A stretch of 64,000 nucleotides of DNA from Epithemia pelagica (Eukaryota; Protista; Bacillariophyta), in contig OX337240.1 of NCBI GenBank assembly GCA_946965045.2, positions 2,108,001 to 2,172,000 on the forward strand, written 5' to 3'. The number at the start of each line of letters is the position of its first letter. The stretch's first letter is position 1. The translations under genes were made by a program, and so were the position numbers. Below are positions 58,304-64,000 of the stretch, one piece after another. The notes under the pieces were generated by a model. It had not been told where the DNA came from. It ran no database searches and saw only the letters and a list, made by a program, of their open reading frames with translations.

Positions 58304-59249
58304 AAGTAAAAGAGTTGATGAAGACGCAGGTTGTGAGTTTATGACAAGTACAACCCCAACAACGACGTCAGTGCTCAAGACTACTTATTTGATTTCTTGG
58401 AAAAGTTGTTTCGGCACGAAGTGAGAGATCAAAGCCGGGAAGCTGGCATGCTTCCCACAGCTTTTTATGGTTCTTGTGACCATTGTGACCCACGATTTGC
58501 CGCAGCACTGGGAACAAGTGAAGCATGAGATGCGAGCTTTCGTGCCTCACTAGTATCCTGGCCACGATTTTATGGCGCTGACAAAAGATTTCTCTGAGAA
58601 AGTGCGAACGTTGATCGCGGCTGGGCAGTACCACCACACTCTCACGGGAAACCTCCTACTCCCTTTGGAACATCTTTGTTGCACCAATTAGTTTTTGGTT
58701 TCTTTAGTCGCATTAAAAACTCACGTAGGCTCTGGTACAAATCTACAGGAGGACGGCTGGCGCATTCGGAGTATCAAAATTTTAGAATAATATGGGGGAT
58801 CATATAGATTGACATGTGTGACTGCTGTACACTATTATACGAAAAGTACAAAATATTTGGCGACAGAAGTCAAAGCACCTCAGAAAAAGGTGCCCTGATT
58901 GACCATGGCGAGGAGACTCAAAATGACCCGACCACTGCCTTGTGCCGGCAACTCTGGTCGCTTTGGCCCTCCAGGAAGGCGTCCTGACCCTCTCGCTCGC
59001 CTAGGCGGCATCTAGGGGTCAACCGGTACGCGATGAAAGTAGGTGCTTCCAATGGGTCTCTTTTTGATCATAGATCGTCTGGAATGCAAGATCAAACATA
59101 TAAATTATATATGGAAATGTTCATACTAAAAAGAGCTATAAGCCTATATAATTTTTTGACCAACGGACATACGCCCGTGAAATGACGTAACTCCTCTTTT
59201 TATGGTGCAACAAAGATGTTCCAGAGGGAGTAGCTAACGTCCTCAAGAC

Positions 59250-59630
59250 TGAATGGTTTGACACGCCTAAGTTCCACCTGCTTACCTTGAACAAGCGTGT
59301 CAACGACGGTATCATCTACATTCGGTTCTTAGATTGTTCTGTGGGAGACGACCACATTAGGAAGGAGCGGCTTCTGTACACCGATGTTATCAAAGAAGCT
59401 AACAAGAAGTATTTGATTTGCCTAAAGGAGGGCGCGTGGTCACCTAAACGAATCTCAGCTTACTCTAAGTCTGTCCCTACTTCGTTTACTGTCAACACAG
59501 CTACTGTCTTTCGGTCTAAGAAGAAGAAAGACACCATGACCCAAGCTAGTATTAATGCCCTCATCCAGACTTTCCAAAATCCACCGGGTTCCAACCCGAA
59601 TCCAAGCAATGCACCAAACACCCAGCCTGG
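59250..59630 (+). pseudogene. Probable CoDi gag C-terminal fragment
   Basis: KERLLYTDVIKEANKKY....EGAWSP resembles a recalled diatom Copia gag motif. Confidence 0.4.
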
Positions 59631-61422
59631 CTCCAATCAGTGTCATGTAGCTTATCTGATGGATTATCAGGTGGTAGTATGCAATCGTTGAAGTAATGTT
59701 GGCTGGGTTGAACCATATACTTGGGAAAAAACCTCGCCGTTGTCTTCCGGAATGGGACGGGCAAATGGAAACAGTAGAATTGGATATTCAACCTCTCCTC
59801 TGCCAGTCCATTCACAACGAACTCGGAATGGTTGAAGAATTCTGAATCGTCCCCAGCAAACGAGCAAGACATACTAGACGACGAATCGATTGTGCATCTT
59901 GACTATGAGCAAAGTGAAAATATTTCCCGACTCCAGATCAACTCTCTGTTCTCAGCCACCCAAGAAACCTGTCTTCTTTGATAGTCTTACTTCAAGAGAC
60001 CTATTTCCAATCTTTCATTTGATGGTCATCATTGCATTTATTGAATAAACTTCCCCTGAATTAAACTAACTTGCCCCTGAACTTGACTTAGCCAATAAGG
60101 TAATGTATGATTTCTTGAACATGGGCACGAGCGGAAATTGGTGTAAGTTAATGCTAAAACTTTGTTCATCCTGTATCTTGGTTGAACAGTCAGTGCAGAC
60201 AGTGAATGTACTAGATAAACTGATAGATAGGATTAAGAAGAGACATAAGGAGAATACAAGCTCAAATTTTAACAACTCTTCCATGCTTGGTCGGAATTGT
60301 TTCGATAATTTGTACACCAGTGTGGTGTTTGTAGAACTGACCAAGACCTTCACCTTATGGTATTTTCTAGCTGTTCAACTAAGAAGAAATCTTGGTCCAT
60401 TTCTCCTATGTCAAGCATGATCATGCCAGATTTTGATTTTCATCTCTTCCTCTGTCATCATGGGAGGAAAACAACAAAGGGGACTCTTTTCCTTGTGTTC
60501 TCTGACTCATCCTCTTTTGCCACCACATCAAAGCTATAGTTGACATGTGACTCTTGGATCATCTCCTTCCCTGTGGTCTTCAGAAACATGAGGTGGACTT
60601 CTATCTTTCGTGGGATTGATTTCAGTTGTTGGTGTAGGATAACAAAGCATCAACATATATCACCATTGCTTGCCTTCCGGATCGATCAAACAACAGTATG
60701 TGATTCTCAAACATGAATAAAGTGTTGTACAAAGAACACTGCTTTCTCGAAAATGTATTGTTCAAGCTGAACAGATTTTGTACAAGTGGATTGACAGTGA
60801 ATCTGTACGAGCATACAAGGAAGCAAGATCAGTCATCTATTGCCCAAGTTTTCCACTACCTACCACCCGACAAATCCTATAAAAAACCATCAACTGATTT
60901 TTTGTACAAAGAGCTACGACTGGTGCTAGAACTGAATAGGGATCGTTTAGCACTGTCATGGACGTATTGGGACCAAAAAATATTGTGCTTCTTTTTCCTC
61001 ATTTTTCTTTTAGACATTATGTTGATGTTCGTGCCTGTGTGATTGGGTGAAAAATGGCAGAGCATGCTTGTAGATCTACATCTGATTTCATGCTTTTGGA
61101 TTTGAAGGCAAAGCATACCTTGTTGAAAGCATAATGACTAACTGTGTCTCCCATTTCCCCCGCTGCAAATGCACAAAGGTCGAGGTTAGTAAGGCTGGCA
61201 CCAAGGTCACAGGTCTATTCAGTTGGAGATAAACAAGGTGGAATATGCTTAGTGGTTGTCCATGACCACAATTGAAATAATTACCATCAAATGGTGCTTC
61301 ATCAAGACATTCCATGGTTGCAATATCATCTTGATTGTCAGCTTCTTCGTAGCTGTAGACAACATCCACCACTCCATTGTAAGCATTACTCTCCGTCAAT
61401 AGTGAGTGTCCAATACACCTCA

Positions 61423-63265
61423 CCGGTGCGAAAAGATCGTCGCGATAATACGACACACCTTTGCGCTGTTTGAAACCACGAGCTGCCAATCTTGCGTAGT
61501 ATTTGCCACTGGCCTTCTTTTTCATAGACCAGGTCGAATCAATGATGTCGCAATTTTCGGGCAAGTCTTCTTTCTTAAGCCAAACTTTACAATCAACCAT
61601 GCGTTGATGTTCTTCATCAACTGACTTCACCCACGTGTCTTTCTCTGCTTGGGCCATTGCTTCATCAAAACTCATGACCTTGAGCTCTGTGGTCATGACC
61701 TTGAGCTCTTTGGTGTTGGTGATACCTTCCCCAGCACCAACCATTGTGATCTCATCATCCATGAGGCTGTCTGTATCGGAGTCGAAGGCCTGGAGTGCAT
61801 GGTACTACCGTAATTTGCGGAGTCCTGTCCCCCCGGAATGTTACTGAAACGACCATGGGGGGGGACAGGACTACGCAATTTTGGATAATTTTTCTTAAGA
61901 TTCCATTCACCAAGTACAATTAAATTCATAGTAAATATATTTTTCAACATCGGGGTTGTAGACAAGGTTTGGTCGCACAATTCCAGTCAGGGGAAGTACC
62001 GTGCTTCAAACCAAAACATTAACCCTAATGATATTACCCATCATACTGGATCTCTTGTTTCTCCTCTTTGATTGACCCCCATATAATGTCAGGCAGAGCG
62101 ATAGAAAGCTCGGAAAGTGAGGAATGTGGGGGTTACTCATAAGCCCAGAAAGAACCTACAGATAAAAAGTTAGGGGGCCATGTACGTTTAAGGGGAGTGG
62201 GGGGGACAGGACTAAGGGGGGACAGGAATCCGCAAATTACGGTAGTTTTGTTCTGCCTTGGTTAGGATAGCATGTCCAATCTCCTTGATCAGTCATTGCG
62301 GTGGCTTGGCGATCGTCCGTCCTGACCGAGTTTTCGTACTTGTAGCAGGAGTTTCCACAATGATGTTGCGCACTGGCGCCGTCGATTCATCATTTCCAGT
62401 GTCCATTGTGATGCCTTCCACTGGATTATCGGGTTGCTCTTCATTTTGATCCTTGCCGTTGTCGTTTCCGCCGTTGTTTTCGCCATGGTAGTCTTGGCCA
62501 TGGTTTCCGTGACTACCGTCGTTGCTGATGCCATCCTCATGACCAGACCGAATCTCATTACTCATGAGTGGAGTAGTCACGAGTTTTCTAGGGTTAGGCG
62601 GACTGGTATAAAACAGTCGCCGAAGCCACGTCACGTCAGGTGTTTCCTGAACACGACTCGTTTTGGGGTCAAACATCCAATAGCAATCCCCTGGATGATC
62701 ACGTGCATACCCAACGAACATGCAGTGCACTCCCTTGTCCATTAATTTCGGTGACGTCTTAGTCTTGACTATGACCGTTCCGGCTTCCCCCTAAATGTGT
62801 AGATACTTTGCAAATTCGGGAATCTTCCCCAATTATGCTCAAATCGAGTCGGGGTCCAAGCCTCGTGCCACAGCTTGTAATGAATCTCGATCGGGACATG
62901 TGCACGATGCATCATTGCTCGAGCATGATTCATGATGGTAGCAAATCCGACTTCAGCGATGGAATTCTGCTGAGGAGTATCTCGTGCAGTGAATTCAAAT
63001 GGATACCGAGCTGCCACTTTTCCTTTTGGCACATTTTCTGCAAGGCCTTGTTTTCTAATGCGTTGTCAAGTCGAAGGTGAGTCATCGTTACCCCATGTTG
63101 TTTCATGAGCGCCAACTTCTCACAGATTGGTTCTATCATGTCATCCTTGCTGTCAAAAAACTCGGACATCTTCAACTGCACCTTGGGATGTACAACGAGG
63201 ATTGGCCATTGCGGCTTCGTCAGAATCGGTATGTTCTCCTTCTTCTTGACTGCTGCTACATCTAA
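61423..63265 (-). pseudogene. Third copy of Copia family 2 (integrase to RT start), interrupted by a MITE
   Basis: VHPKVQLKMSEFFDSKDDM, LRLDNALEN, TPQQNSIAE, DKGVHCMFVGYARDHPGD, ITNTKELKVM, STWSMKKKASG. Confidence 0.92.
61808..62242. mobile_element. MITE (435 bp), Tc1/mariner-pogo type
   Basis: 28-bp TIR CCGTAATTTGCGGA(G/T)TCCTGTCCCCCC with 1 mismatch; TA at 61806-7 and 62243-4; host Copia sequence resumes across it. Confidence 0.9.
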
Positions 63266-64000
63266 GGGGGTAAAAATGCACCCTCCGTTGCCCCGATTGT
63301 GGTCCTAATGTCCTGTACGTTGTTCAGATGCCCAGCAAGACCGTCAACATGTGGTTTGCCAAAACTGAGTAATGCATACTCGCGCAACAACTCAATTTCT
63401 TGATCACTGAAGATCCCCGACAACACGACACCGCCGGTCCAAAGATGTACCTGCGAAGCAACAAAGTATTCATCTTCCTTCTTATCATACAATATTTCCA
63501 TAGGCAACTTCACCGAATCTGAGCATCTTTCACCAATTTCGTACGCTTCTGAAATTTCCTGTTATTTCGTTGTTTATCATTAAGCGTCGCTCCCTTTGGC
63601 TTGTTCCTTTCATAAATAGCTTTCGCACGCTATACCAACTTCTTCTCCCTAATTGCTGCACTTCCAACACCCGCGGCTGTTGACCTGCTTAATTTCCGTT
63701 TCTTCTTGGGGTTGTCCAATGGTGCCATTGTACGGTTCTTTTGTCATCAATCGTGGCCAACACTATCTACCGTTTCTTTCAACACGTCCATTTAAAATCT
63801 GCACTTTGGTCCTCCACCCGACAATTGAGATGTTTCAGATTTTAGTGTAATCCTACTATTCATAGATAGGAGTAGGAGTATATGTTTTCTTCTCTGTCCC
63901 TCTACCCGGAATAGACACTACTCCTAGTACATACGCGTCACGGCGCCGGCGCTGCCTCAAACCGCTTTCTCTTTTACTTCCTACATAATATACATACCAC

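Noticed and set aside
58880-59050. GC-rich patch as structured RNA
   Set aside because: Only short palindromes; no convincing long stems
63262-63513. 83-aa ORF as a dioxygenase-like host gene
   Set aside because: Only vague resemblance, several upstream stops, and it runs into the Copia fragment

Overview
Eukaryotic, diatom-like (CoDi-type Copia proteins) repeat-dense region; no intact host gene, rRNA, tRNA or CRISPR array could be supported. (1) 1-6371: an inverted duplication plus scraps, including a DIRS/Ngaro-type RNase H fragment. (2) 6564-35593: a 14.5-kb direct tandem duplication. Each unit holds a young minus-strand CoDi-like Ty1/Copia element (597-bp LTRs, gag-PR-IN and RT-RNaseH in one frame split by two UGA codons, and an extra 251-aa sense ORF upstream of gag) plus about 6.2 kb of decayed flank with LINE fragments. 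(3) 35594-53360: a patchwork of short fragments from many TE classes (Copia, piggyBac, tyrosine recombinase, Mutator-like, CACTA/EnSpm-like, LINE). (4) 53369-63265: a second, decayed Copia family in three copies, one with both LTRs and a TSD and one interrupted by a TA-target MITE. Best leads: the ORF upstream of gag, the clustered UGA stops inside a possible 75-nt in-frame intron, antisense splice signals in the LTR, a structured GC-rich segment at the duplication breakpoint, and a templated-repair LTR junction with a palindromic PBS. Family assignments come from motif recognition by eye, not database searches.
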